From Actinomycetota bacterium (GTDB lineage: Bacteria > Actinomycetota > Actinomycetes > S36-B12 > FW305-bin1), in assembly GCA_004297305.1 (NCBI GenBank), contig SCTR01000007.1:293586-357585 (forward strand): a stretch of DNA of 64,000 nucleotides, written 5' to 3'. Both the position numbers and the translations under genes were made by a program. Below, piece by piece: positions 19,010 through 27,947 of the stretch (within the stretch, counting starts at the first letter, position 1; every line of letters starts with the position of its first letter). Below the pieces are notes generated by a model, which was given only the letters and a program-made list of their open reading frames with translations, was not told where the DNA came from and did no database searches.

Positions 19010-20191
19010 TCAGGCCCGTGGCACCCCCGACGCGGTCTCCTCGATGACCTGATCGACGACGTCGGTGGCGCGGCCGGCGCGCATCATCGTCGCCCGCTGC
19101 CGCTGCGCCGGACTGCCCTGCCGCAGCACGACGTCGACCAAGTCCGTCACCTCGGCCCAGTCGCCGGAAACCTCGAACTGCTCCCGCAGCTCGGCCACCG
19201 TCTGCCGCAGCAGCGCCGCCGCGGGTATCGGACGACACGCGGCGGGATCGACGAGGACGTCCGCGAGGCCGCTGCGAGCGGCTCGCCACATGGCGGCCCG
19301 ATGGAGCGGATCCGATTGCAGCACAGGGGGTGCACCGGCGGAGTCGGCGGACAGTTCGTGGCCGACCGAGGCACGGAAGATCGCCGCGACCAGCAGGACC
19401 GCGTCGACGGACGGGCAGGCGTCGCACACCCGCAGTTCCAGCGTCGGCAGGTGCGCCGAGGGACGGACGTCGAAGTAGATCATCCCGGGATCGCTGATCA
19501 CCCCGGCCTGCAGCAACTGCGCGACGACGCGGTCGTAGTCGGCCGCCGACCGCAGCGGTCCCGCCGTGCCGGCGGTCGGCCAGCGCTGCCATACCAACGT
19601 TCGGACACTGGCGTAGCCGGTGTCATCCCCGGTGTACCAGAACGGCGAACTTGCCGTGATCGCCAGCAGCAGCGGTGTCACCGGCGCGATGCGCTGCATC
19701 AGGCGGACCGCCCGGTCGCGGTCGCCGACGCCGACGTGGACCTGCAGCCCGCAGATCAGCTGCTCGCGAACCAGCATCTGGTAGTCCGCGAGCATCCGCC
19801 GGTAGCGCTCACCTCCGGTCACCGCGAGTCGCGTGGGGGCCATGGGCAGCGTGCCGGCGGCGGCGATGGCGACACCGTGCGGTGCGGCGGCTTCGCTCAC
19901 CTGCCGCCGCAGCTCGCCGATGGCCTGCCGCAGCTGGGCCAGCGTCGTACACACCGGGGTCCTCGTCTCGACCATGGACTGGTGCAGCTCGGTCGAGTAC
20001 GAACCGCCGGGGAGGGACCCCAGGACGGCGTCAGCGACGGGCGCCAGCGCCCGAGTGTCACGTTCGACGAGGTGGAACTCCTCCTCGACGCCGACGGTGG
20101 CAACTGCCGGAACATCGGGATCGCGGCCGATCGGCACGCGCCCACCGTAAGCGCAGCCGAGCAAGGCGGCAGCACGACGACGCGTCGGCAA
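19010..20191 (-). CDS. carboxylate-amine ligase (glutamate-cysteine ligase family 2, YbdK-like)
   Basis: 393 aa. N-terminal VGVEEEFHLV motif and family-typical length. The true start may be internal. Confidence 0.85.
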   Translation of the reverse strand: MPTRRRAAALLGCAYGGRVPIGRDPDVPAVATVGVEEEFHLVERDTRALAPVADAVLGSLPGGSYSTELHQSMVETRTPVCTTLAQLRQAIGELRRQVSEAAAPHGVAIAAAGTLPMAPTRLAVTGGERYRRMLADYQMLVREQLICGLQVHVGVGDRDRAVRLMQRIAPVTPLLLAITASSPFWYTGDDTGYASVRTLVWQRWPTAGTAGPLRSAADYDRVVAQLLQAGVISDPGMIYFDVRPSAHLPTLELRVCDACPSVDAVLLVAAIFRASVGHELSADSAGAPPVLQSDPLHRAAMWRAARSGLADVLVDPAACRPIPAAALLRQTVAELREQFEVSGDWAEVTDLVDVVLRQGSPAQRQRATMMRAGRATDVVDQVIEETASGVPRA

Positions 20192-20312
20192 CGCCTGTCG
20201 CTGGCCCGGTTCGCCGGCGTGGTGCCGGACTCGCGCCCGTCAGCGCGGCAGGGGCCGGGACGGTATGGTCGCGATGCGGCAATAGCCGCTGCGGCGGTCT
20301 CGGGGGTGGGCG

Positions 20313-21325
20313 TTGAGCCACAATACGATCGCTTCGTTCTCAGAGAGTGCCCGCAGGATTGCGCGGGCCTGGAACGACGCAGTCGATCCCTCGGCCTACG
20401 ACGACGTAGTACGACGGCCGGTGAGGCAGTTGTGCCACGGACGCAGCGATGTCGCCTATGCAGCCGTCCCCAGTCTTATCGGATCTGCCGATCCGTCGAC
20501 CCGACTGGTCGCATGGCACGTCGTTGCGGAACTCGCCGTCACCGGCTTTGCTGTTCCTCCCCAGCTGGTCGAGATTCTCACGGCGGCTGCCGAGGCCGAG
20601 AGCGACGACGATGTCCAGCGCGGCGTCGTCCAGGCCGCCGGCGAGATGGCCGCTGCCTGGCTGATACCACAGTGGTTCGGCTTGCCACACAACCGAGTCC
20701 GGTGGTCAGGTACGCCGTTGCCTTCGCCTTGCCTGACTTGGCGCACGACGCGCCCCCGGCGCTCGTGGCCGATGTGATGCTTCACCTGTGCGCGGACGAA
20801 GACGACGACGTCGCGAGCCTGGCCACCTTCGCCGTCGGTCTGCAGCTGGAGATCGACGGTGACCGCGTGCGTGACGTGCTGCGCCAGAACATGAATCACC
20901 CGTCTGCCGAGGTTCGGCTGGACGCGGCGCGAGGGCTTGCGTGTCGGCGTGATCTGGAGGGGATCCTCGCCCTTCGTGAATCGATCCTGACGAGGACGCC
21001 GGACCTGCTCACGCTGGACGCCGCAGCGCGAAGTCGTTCAGCACTGCTAGCTGATGCCTTGGCCTCGGCATGCGAGCACGCCGAGGCCAACGGAATCATG
21101 TTTGCGTACCGGTGCTGCGAGGAGGGCCCTCTGAAGAACGCCGACACGGCGTCGGTCGCCTTGTCGGCGGTACAAGCCATGGTGCGCCACGACCCAAGCG
21201 TTACCGACGCCGCGATCTTCTGCCCTCTCTACGACGTCGGCCTGGCGATCCGCATATCCCGAACTGGGGTAGGCGAGGAGATCTCTTTGTTCAATGCACT
21301 CGACGCCCTACCGACGATCAACTAG
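20313..21325 (+). pseudogene. HEAT-repeat protein gene, apparently frameshifted (-1) near 20650-20672
   Basis: Frame 0 (20313..20777) reads well up to DDDVQRGVVQAAGEMAAAWL, then turns to junk. The frame of track ORF 18806..21325 reads HEAT-like from VVRLATQPSPVVRYAVAFAL to HPSAEVRLDAARGLA and on to the stop at 21325. Lower GC than its surroundings. Confidence 0.45.
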
Positions 21326-21571
21326 GCCGCCTCGCAGGACCGTCGCTGCGCAAGCAGCCGTCGAAGGTCGCCGAACGCGGGCGGTTGCCGTGGGCCATCG
21401 CCCGCCCGACGAGTTGCGGCCGGCCCAACTGCGCGCTGCTGTCCGGCCCTCGTCAAGCATCCGGACGTCGGAGCCCGCGCAGGGGAGGTCCCCGACAGGG
21501 CCGAGCTGGCAAGGGCCGCGACGCTGCCGCCAAGCCACGGCTCCGGACCACGTCGTGCGGTCAGGATTGGG

Positions 21572-21656
21572 TGTCCGAGGGGGGACTTGAACCCCCACGC
21601 CCGTTAAAGGGCACTAGCACCTCAAGCTAGCGCGTCTGCCATTCCGCCACTCGGAC
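21572..21656 (-). tRNA. tRNA-Leu (anticodon GAG), class II with long variable arm
   Basis: Reverse complement is GTCCGAGTGGCGGAATGGCAGACGCGCTAGCTTGAGGTGCTAGTGCCCTTTAACGGGCGTGGGGGTTCAAGTCCCCCCTCGGACA. It has a 7-bp acceptor stem, anticodon stem CTAGC/GCTAG with loop TTGAGGT, and T-arm GGGGG-TTCAAGT-CCCCC. Confidence 0.9.
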
Positions 21657-21789
21657 CATGCGCCGAACGGGTCGAGCGCGTCGGTGAGGCTACCAAAGCC
21701 TGGGGGCGCGCCCTACCTCGTCCATCGGCCCACTTCAACGGGCCAGTCATGGCCACTCCGGAGAGCGATGCGATGGTTCAGCTTGATTC

Positions 21790-21805
21790 TTGAGCGGTCG
21801 CTCAA
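21790..21805. promoter_or_regulatory. candidate TetR operator palindrome TTGAGCG-gt-CGCTCAA
   Basis: Perfect 7-bp inverted arms with a 2-nt spacer, 15 nt upstream of the preferred GTG start of the TetR gene. It covers the TTG start used by the ORF track. Confidence 0.45.
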
Positions 21806-21819
21806 CTACTCTCCCTCGG

Positions 21820-22407
21820 GTGGGTCGGAGCCGGTCATGGGACGAGGACGCGGTCCTGGCGGCGGCGTCTGCGGTCTTTCATCGCAAGGGCTTCGAGGCC
21901 ACCTCCACGCGTGACATCGAGGACGCGACCGGCCTGCGGCCCGGCAGCGTGTATGCGGCGTACGGCAGCAAGGCCGGGCTATTCGCCGCCGTGCTGGACC
22001 GGTACGCCGCGCACGTGGTCGACGCCCGGGTCGCGCGCTACCTGACCGACGCACCGGATCCCCGCGCGGGACTGCGCGCGATGTTCACCTCGACGTTCGA
22101 GGGTCGTCCCGCCCCCGACCCCGGTTGCCTAGTGACGAACAGCGCGGTCGAGTCGCCGGCGCTGGCGACCGAGGCGCGGCAGAAGGTGGGGACCTCGCTG
22201 GACGCCCTGCGGGCCGGCTTTTTCGACGCCGCGCAGCGCCTTGCAGGAGCGCACCAGGGCGCCGCCGCTGCCGCCGACCAACTCCTCGCGCTCTACCAGG
22301 GCCTGCTCGTCCTCGTGCGGTTCGGCGCGGACGAGAAACTGCTGCGTTCAGTCGTGGACGCGGTCGATGTCGTCATCGATTCACTGGAGGGAAACCATGA
22401 GTCCTGA
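21820..22407 (+). CDS. TetR/AcrR family transcriptional regulator
   Basis: N-terminal HTH region WDEDAVLAAASAVFHRKGFEATSTRDIEDATGLRPGSVYAAYGSK. Start at GTG 21820 preferred, with 21790 as the alternative. Confidence 0.8.
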   Translation: MGRSRSWDEDAVLAAASAVFHRKGFEATSTRDIEDATGLRPGSVYAAYGSKAGLFAAVLDRYAAHVVDARVARYLTDAPDPRAGLRAMFTSTFEGRPAPDPGCLVTNSAVESPALATEARQKVGTSLDALRAGFFDAAQRLAGAHQGAAAAADQLLALYQGLLVLVRFGADEKLLRSVVDAVDVVIDSLEGNHES

Positions 22408-22741
22408 AACACGGTGGCGCACCTATGCCGCCTGCTGGTCCATGTCCGACGAGGAGCGTTCCGGGGCGCTGCTGACAGTCGCCGACCCGGCGGTTTCGTA
22501 CCGCGATCCGGCGACGAACCTCGCGGGAGTCGACGAACTCGCGACCTACATGACGTCGTTTCGCACGACGTTCCCGCAGGAACACTTCTGGATCGACGAC
22601 GTCCGACATCACCACGATCGGTCGTTGGCCCGGTGGCGGCAGGTGAGCGCAGACCGCCGTACGACGATGCAGGGCATCAGCATTGCCCGCCATGGTGACG
22701 ACGGCCGGTTCGTCGACATCGCCGGCTTCTTCCACGAATGA
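22397..22741 (+). CDS. SnoaL-like / NTF2-fold protein
   Basis: 114 aa from the ATG at 22397 (overlaps the TetR end by 11 nt). Size and pattern (WRTYAACWS ... ARWRQV ... GDDGRFVDIAGFF) fit the NTF2-like fold. Tentative. Confidence 0.55.
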   Translation: MSPETRWRTYAACWSMSDEERSGALLTVADPAVSYRDPATNLAGVDELATYMTSFRTTFPQEHFWIDDVRHHHDRSLARWRQVSADRRTTMQGISIARHGDDGRFVDIAGFFHE

Positions 22742-23190
22742 GCGATCCCACGGCGGCCGATGTCAACGATGCCGTCATTGCCGAGTTTCGTGCCCGGGGC
22801 GGCGTGGTCGGTGGTCCGTTGACGGGGGTGAACGTCCTGCTGCTGCACCACGTCGGGGCCCGCAGTGGCGCTCCCCGGGTGACGCCGCTGGTGTATCAGC
22901 AGTACGGCGAGGCGATGGTGGTGTTTGCCTCGGCGTATGGCGCCCTTGCGGATCCGGCGTGGTTCGGCAATCTGCTGGCGCAACCGGCGGCACTGGTCGA
23001 AGTCGGCACCGCGACCGTCCCGGTCCGGGCCCGTGTCGTGCACGGCGACGAGCGAGACCTGTTGTGGACTCGGCAGAAGGCGGCGATGCCGAATTTCGCC
23101 GAGTACGAACGCCTGACGTCGCGCACCATCCCCGTCGTCGCCCTGCACCCCCGTGCCGATCCCGCTCCACTGCCGGCTCCGTCGACGTAG
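22738..23190 (+). CDS. deazaflavin (F420)-dependent nitroreductase family protein (Ddn-like)
   Basis: 150 aa. AEFRARGG ... LLLHHVGARSGAPRVTPLVY ... DPAWFGNLLAQP ... LWTRQKAAMPNFAEYE are family hallmarks. ATGA overlap with the upstream gene. Confidence 0.8.
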   Translation: MSDPTAADVNDAVIAEFRARGGVVGGPLTGVNVLLLHHVGARSGAPRVTPLVYQQYGEAMVVFASAYGALADPAWFGNLLAQPAALVEVGTATVPVRARVVHGDERDLLWTRQKAAMPNFAEYERLTSRTIPVVALHPRADPAPLPAPST

Positions 23191-23202
23191 CGCCGCACGC
23201 CC

Positions 23203-23249
23203 GGGCCGCAGCCGCGCCGGGCCGCAGCCGCGCCGGGACGAGCCACGCC
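23203..23249. repeat. 16-bp tandem repeat (2 perfect copies plus 1 degenerate)
   Basis: gggccgcagccgcgcc x2, then gggacgagccacgcc, just downstream of the Ddn-like gene. Confidence 0.8.
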
Positions 23250-23403
23250 GTGCGGCACTGGCCTCTGCCATACGGCCCTGGACGATGCCATGCGCCGCCG
23301 GCCGATCACGACGCGGTCGCTGGCCGATTGCGTCGCGGGCGACGGGGGAATCACGACGCCGCAGCGGCGTATCTGCGCGAGCGCGTCTACCCAAGGAGGA
23401 GCC

Positions 23404-23604
23404 ATGGCGTCTGGAACAGATCTGCCGGCAGACGACAGCGAACCGATCGAGCTCACAGCCGAGGAAGCGCTGGTCACCCGGGGCAACGCTCCGCAACCGG
23501 CGACGGACACCCCCGGCGTGGGGGACGCCCTACCCGACGCACCCCCGGCCTCGTCGAAGACCAAGCCGTCCGCGATGCCTCCGGGCGCCCCGGGCGACGT
23601 CTAG
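23404..23604 (+). CDS. hypothetical small acidic, Pro/Ala-rich protein (66 aa)
   Basis: ATG preceded by a strong SD (aaggaggagcc). The product looks disordered and no family is recognised. It could be non-coding. Confidence 0.3.
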   Translation: MASGTDLPADDSEPIELTAEEALVTRGNAPQPATDTPGVGDALPDAPPASSKTKPSAMPPGAPGDV

Positions 23605-23783
23605 TCCAGAGCCGGTACCCGTCGCACGGCGCCGTGCCACCGCAAGGGCTCGTATCAGCCGGCCGTAGCCCGCCCTTGCGGTGGCATCGCGGCTTCGGCG
23701 GACCCGGACCAGCGCCTGACGGCGACGGCCGGCCGGCCGGGCGCGGCTCGTACGCCGGACCGCCCACGCCGGGCACGTCCGGT

Positions 23784-24878
23784 CTAGCCGGGCGCAGCGG
23801 GGCGTACGCCGAACTCCGCGGCAACGGCCGGCCGCCGGGCCTTCCAGATGACCGCGTCGTAGCCGAAGTGCAGGAGCCCGACGACGTAGATGATCACGAG
23901 GTAGGCCGTAGCCGGGATCGTGCCGCGCAACTCGACGTTGACGAGGGCCAGGACCAGGAAGAAGCCGGCCAGCAACAGATTCCGGCGGACGGTGGTGCCC
24001 GCGAGCACGCCCAGCAGGCTCGATGGCGGGCTGCTGCGGCCGTAGCGCGCGGCCAGCGTGCGATCGACGACGAGGATGTATTCCAGGGCGTGCGCAGCGA
24101 CGTAGGCCACGAGACCGGCGACGGGGTTCACGACCAGTCCCGCCAGCAGCGCCGCCGACGCCAGCAGGTAGTTCCACTTGGCCGGGTTCGCCTCGCCGGC
24201 ACGGCAGGCCGCCCGCTCCTGCCGCAGGTAGAGCCCGACGGCGACCAGGGCGGCGACCACGAGTGGCACCAGCAGCAGCAGGATCGTGCCGCGAGCGGCG
24301 AACAACTGGTCCAGTTTGCTCGCGTTGTCCGAACCGATCCCGGCAGCAAACCGGTGCAGCTGGTCACTGGCGGCCGGCAACGCGACGACGAGCGCGGTGA
24401 CGGCGGCCAGCGGCAGGTAGCACATCGCCCGGTCCAGCCGGGGCGAGCCGTAGCCGGCCTTGCGTCCGTAGATACGCAGCAGGCCGTACCGCTGCTGCTG
24501 GGTGTGAAAGACCTGCCATGCCGCGGCAATCGGCAGCACCAGCACCCACAGGCCGAGCACCGCGGTCGCCCCGATGAGCCCCACCGCGACGATCGGACCC
24601 CAGACGAACAAGCGCCGGTGAGCCCGGAACTGACCGCTGTCGCCGTACACCAGCAGCAGCGTCAACGGCTGGTGCAGCAGCGAGATCGCCAATACCCAAC
24701 CCAGGATCGCCACGACCACGGCGTCGGCAGTGCCGGCCGAGGCCACCAGCGCGGTGACGGCGTAGAACGGTAGCCAGGACCACGCGATGAGCAGGTCCGT
24801 CCCCGGCCGGTACAGCCAGGTGGACCGCAGCCGAGGGCGGCTGCGGGGGATGCGCTGCGCGGCGGACAGCTGCGTCAC
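23784..24878 (-). CDS. hypothetical integral membrane protein (about 9-10 TM)
   Basis: Track ORF 23784..25208 trimmed to the GTG at 24878, because the upstream part overlaps the divergent M20 gene region. Hydrophobic throughout. No motif recognised. Confidence 0.55.
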   Translation of the reverse strand: MTQLSAAQRIPRSRPRLRSTWLYRPGTDLLIAWSWLPFYAVTALVASAGTADAVVVAILGWVLAISLLHQPLTLLLVYGDSGQFRAHRRLFVWGPIVAVGLIGATAVLGLWVLVLPIAAAWQVFHTQQQRYGLLRIYGRKAGYGSPRLDRAMCYLPLAAVTALVVALPAASDQLHRFAAGIGSDNASKLDQLFAARGTILLLLVPLVVAALVAVGLYLRQERAACRAGEANPAKWNYLLASAALLAGLVVNPVAGLVAYVAAHALEYILVVDRTLAARYGRSSPPSSLLGVLAGTTVRRNLLLAGFFLVLALVNVELRGTIPATAYLVIIYVVGLLHFGYDAVIWKARRPAVAAEFGVRPAAPG

Positions 24879-24966
24879 GGAGCACCTCGCTGGAGCCGGG
24901 CACGTGGGTGCGCGCCGGGAACGGGTTCGCGGGCGCCAGGCTAGCCCGGCCGGGCAGGATGGGCCC

Positions 24967-26316
24967 ATGACCGCCTCGCCGGGGACGACCTCGCCGTTCC
25001 TCCCTGAACCGCTGCCGGACGCCGAGGCCGAAGTCGTGGACCTCTGCCGGGCGTTGATTCGTATCGACTCGGTGAACGACGGGACCCCGGACACCGTGGG
25101 CGAGGCCGCCGTCGCCGAATACGTCGAGCAGCTGCTGGCCGAGGTGGGACTCGACCCCGAACGCTTCGAGACCTCCAGCGGACGCCGGCAGGGGGTCGCC
25201 GTTCGCATCCCCGGCCGCGACCGTTCCCGCGGCGCACTGCTCCTGCACGGTCACCTCGACGTCGTCCCGGCCATCGCCGCCGACTGGCGGGTGGGGCCGT
25301 TCGACGCCGAGGTCGTCGACGGGATGATCTGGGGCAGAGGCGCAGTGGACATGAAGGATATGGACGCGATGATCCTGGCCGTGGTCCGCTCGTGGGCACG
25401 CAACAAGGTGCAGCCCGACCGCGACATCGTCGTGTTGTTCCTGCCCGACGAGGAGGCCGGCGGCCGGCACGGCTCGCACTGGCTCGTCGAACACCGCCAG
25501 GACCTGTTCGACGGGGTGACCGAGGCCGTGGGGGAGGTCGGCGGGTTTAGCCTGACCGTACGCGACGATCTGCGGCTGTATCTGATCCAGACGGCGGAGA
25601 AGGGGATTGCCTGGCTCCGATTGCGGGCCGCCGGATCGGCCGGTCACGGATCGATGCTCAACGACGCGAACGCGGTGACCCGGCTCGCCGAGGCGGTCAG
25701 CCGACTCGGCCGTCACCGCTTCGACGTCCAGCTCATTCCGACGGTCGACGCCTTCCTGCGTGACCTCGGCGACGCGCTCGGTGTCGATCTGGACCCACGT
25801 GACCTGGAGTCGACGTTGGCCCGGCTAGGGCCGCTGGCCCGGCTGGTCGGCGCGACGTTGTCGCACACCGTGAATCCGACGATGCTGGCCGCCGGATACA
25901 AGGTGAACGTGATACCGGGAGAGGCCGTCGCCCACGTCGACGGACGTTTCCTGCCCGGCCACGAGGACGACTTCTTCGCCGAGATCGACCGGCTGCTCGG
26001 CGACGACGTGGTGCGCGAGTTCGTCTCCCACGACGTGGCCCTCGAGACCAGCTTCGACGGACCGAGTATCGACCTGATGGCCGCGGCGCTGCGTGCCGAG
26101 GACCCCGGAGCCCGCGCCGTGCCCTACGCGCTGTCCGGCGGCACCGATGCAAAGGCGTTCAGCCGGTTGGGGATCCGGTGCTATGGATTCGCCCCGTTGC
26201 TGCTGCCGCCCGACCTCGACTTCGGCTCGCTGTTCCACGGCGTCGACGAACGCGTGCCTGTCGACGGCCTACGGTTCGGCACCCGGGTTCTCGACCGCTT
26301 CCTGCGGGCCTGCTGA
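24967..26316 (+). CDS. M20/M25/M40 family metallo-hydrolase (dipeptidase-like)
   Basis: Starts at MTASPG. Motifs LLLHGHLDVVPA, FLPDEEAGG and GGTDAK are typical of M20 peptidases. Confidence 0.85.
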   Translation: MTASPGTTSPFLPEPLPDAEAEVVDLCRALIRIDSVNDGTPDTVGEAAVAEYVEQLLAEVGLDPERFETSSGRRQGVAVRIPGRDRSRGALLLHGHLDVVPAIAADWRVGPFDAEVVDGMIWGRGAVDMKDMDAMILAVVRSWARNKVQPDRDIVVLFLPDEEAGGRHGSHWLVEHRQDLFDGVTEAVGEVGGFSLTVRDDLRLYLIQTAEKGIAWLRLRAAGSAGHGSMLNDANAVTRLAEAVSRLGRHRFDVQLIPTVDAFLRDLGDALGVDLDPRDLESTLARLGPLARLVGATLSHTVNPTMLAAGYKVNVIPGEAVAHVDGRFLPGHEDDFFAEIDRLLGDDVVREFVSHDVALETSFDGPSIDLMAAALRAEDPGARAVPYALSGGTDAKAFSRLGIRCYGFAPLLLPPDLDFGSLFHGVDERVPVDGLRFGTRVLDRFLRAC

Positions 26317-26328
26317 GACCGGCAGACC

Positions 26329-27705
26329 ATGAGCCTCGACCAGCACGGAAACCCGACGACCGGTGCCACCGCCGCGGTGGACTTCCTCGACGCCGCCGTC
26401 GACCACTTGGTCAACTTCCGGCCCGCGGTGACCGATGCGGTTGTCGACGCCATCGCCGCCGATCCGACGGCACCGATGCCTCGGGTCATGGCGGCGTACC
26501 TCGGTCTGTTGGGTACCGAACCTGCCGACGCTGCCACTGCTGCAACCGAATTCGGCTCCTGGCGGCGCGCCGTCGACGACACGCCGTGGACCGGCCGGGA
26601 GCACCAGCACGTCGTGGCGGCGCAGCGGTGGCTGGGTGGCGACCTCGCTGGCGCGGCCGACGATCTGCGCACGCTCAGCGTCGGTCATCCGCGCGACCTG
26701 CTGGCGCTGTTCGTCGGCCACCAGCTCGACTTCTTCCGCGGCGACGCGGTGGCGCTGCGCGATCGGATCGGAGGTGCCCTGTCCAGTTGGCCGGATGCCG
26801 ACCCGCACCGCGGGTACCTGCTGGGCATGGCCGCCTTCGGACTGGAGGAGTGCGGCCAGTACGACCGGGCCGAGGCACTCGGGCTGCAGGCGGTGGCGGA
26901 CAACCCCGGCGACGTGTGGGGGATCCATGCCGTCGTCCACACCTACGAGATGCGCGGCGACGTCCCCACCGGCCTGGCGTACCTGGACCAGCGCCGGACC
27001 GACTGGGCCACCGGGAACTTCCTGCACGTCCATACCGCCTGGCACGAGGCGCTGTACCGACTCGACAGCGGCGACCCGGCCGGCGCGTTGGCGATCTACG
27101 ACAGCGTGCTGCACACCGCGTCGTCCGAAGGTCTGGTCATGGAGTTGCTCGATGCGGCCGGCCTGCTGTGGCGGCGCTACCTCGACGGCGACGAGCAGAC
27201 CGCACGCTGGAGGATCCTGGCCGACGCCTGGGACCCGAAACTCGTCGCACCGCACTACGCGTTCAACGATGCCTTCGGAGTCATGGCCCTGCTCGGGGCC
27301 GGCCGCGTCGCGGACGCGGAAGCCCTTGTCGAAGCGCGTCGCCGGTGGTTGGCGCAGGCCGACCCGCGGCTGACGAACGTGACCATGACCGGCGAGGTGG
27401 GCCTGCCGGTCTGTGACGCCCTGATCGCGTACGCCACCGGGCGGTTCGGCGACGCTGTCGCGCAGCTGGCGCCGATCCGCAACCGGCTGGCCGACTTCGG
27501 CGGCAGTCACGCCCAGCGCGACGCGTTCCAACGCACCCTGGTCGCCGCCGCGCTGGCCGCCGAGGAGTCGGACCTGGCACGGACCCTGCTGTCCGAACGC
27601 CTCACCACGAAGCCACGCGACGGCTGGACCTGGCGGCGGTACGCCGAACTCCAGCGGCTCACCGGACACCGCGACCCGGCGCGCGACCGCACCGACCAGC
27701 GATAG
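26329..27705 (+). CDS. tetratricopeptide-repeat protein (TTC38-like family)
   Basis: 458 aa, helical-repeat composition. WGIHAVVHTYEMRGD and surrounding TPR-like helices resemble the TTC38 family as I recall it. Confidence 0.65.
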   Translation: MSLDQHGNPTTGATAAVDFLDAAVDHLVNFRPAVTDAVVDAIAADPTAPMPRVMAAYLGLLGTEPADAATAATEFGSWRRAVDDTPWTGREHQHVVAAQRWLGGDLAGAADDLRTLSVGHPRDLLALFVGHQLDFFRGDAVALRDRIGGALSSWPDADPHRGYLLGMAAFGLEECGQYDRAEALGLQAVADNPGDVWGIHAVVHTYEMRGDVPTGLAYLDQRRTDWATGNFLHVHTAWHEALYRLDSGDPAGALAIYDSVLHTASSEGLVMELLDAAGLLWRRYLDGDEQTARWRILADAWDPKLVAPHYAFNDAFGVMALLGAGRVADAEALVEARRRWLAQADPRLTNVTMTGEVGLPVCDALIAYATGRFGDAVAQLAPIRNRLADFGGSHAQRDAFQRTLVAAALAAEESDLARTLLSERLTTKPRDGWTWRRYAELQRLTGHRDPARDRTDQR

Positions 27706-27746
27706 GTCCCGACACCCAGCAGGCCGGCGGTTCAGGCCCGGCGGTG

Positions 27747-27947
27747 TCAGGCCGTCCGAACCGCCCGGATGATCTTGCGCCGCAGCCAGACTCGCCGCCG
27801 GCCGTCGGGGTAGACCCGCACCCGGGCCAGCTCCCAACTGCCTCGCTCGGCGATGTCGGTCAGCACCGTCCGTGCCGCCTCCCGGCTGGTCGCACGCGAC
27901 ATCGCCAGCTCGCGGTACTCCCAGACGGCCGCCGCCACGGGCGTCAT
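27747..27947 (-). CDS. DUF5703-like small protein
   Basis: 66 aa, WEYRELAMSRATSREAARTVLTDIAERGSWELARVRVYPDGRRRVWLRRK. The start overlaps the upstream gene stop by 4 nt. Confidence 0.6.
   Translation of the reverse strand: MTPVAAAVWEYRELAMSRATSREAARTVLTDIAERGSWELARVRVYPDGRRRVWLRRKIIRAVRTA

Noticed and set aside
20192-21790. Calling the tRNA-adjacent segment a genomic island or mobile element
   Set aside because: There is no integrase, recombinase or transposase ORF, and no direct repeat of the tRNA 3' end near the far border. Only a compositional hint and one broken gene are present, so it is kept as a finding and not annotated as a mobile element.
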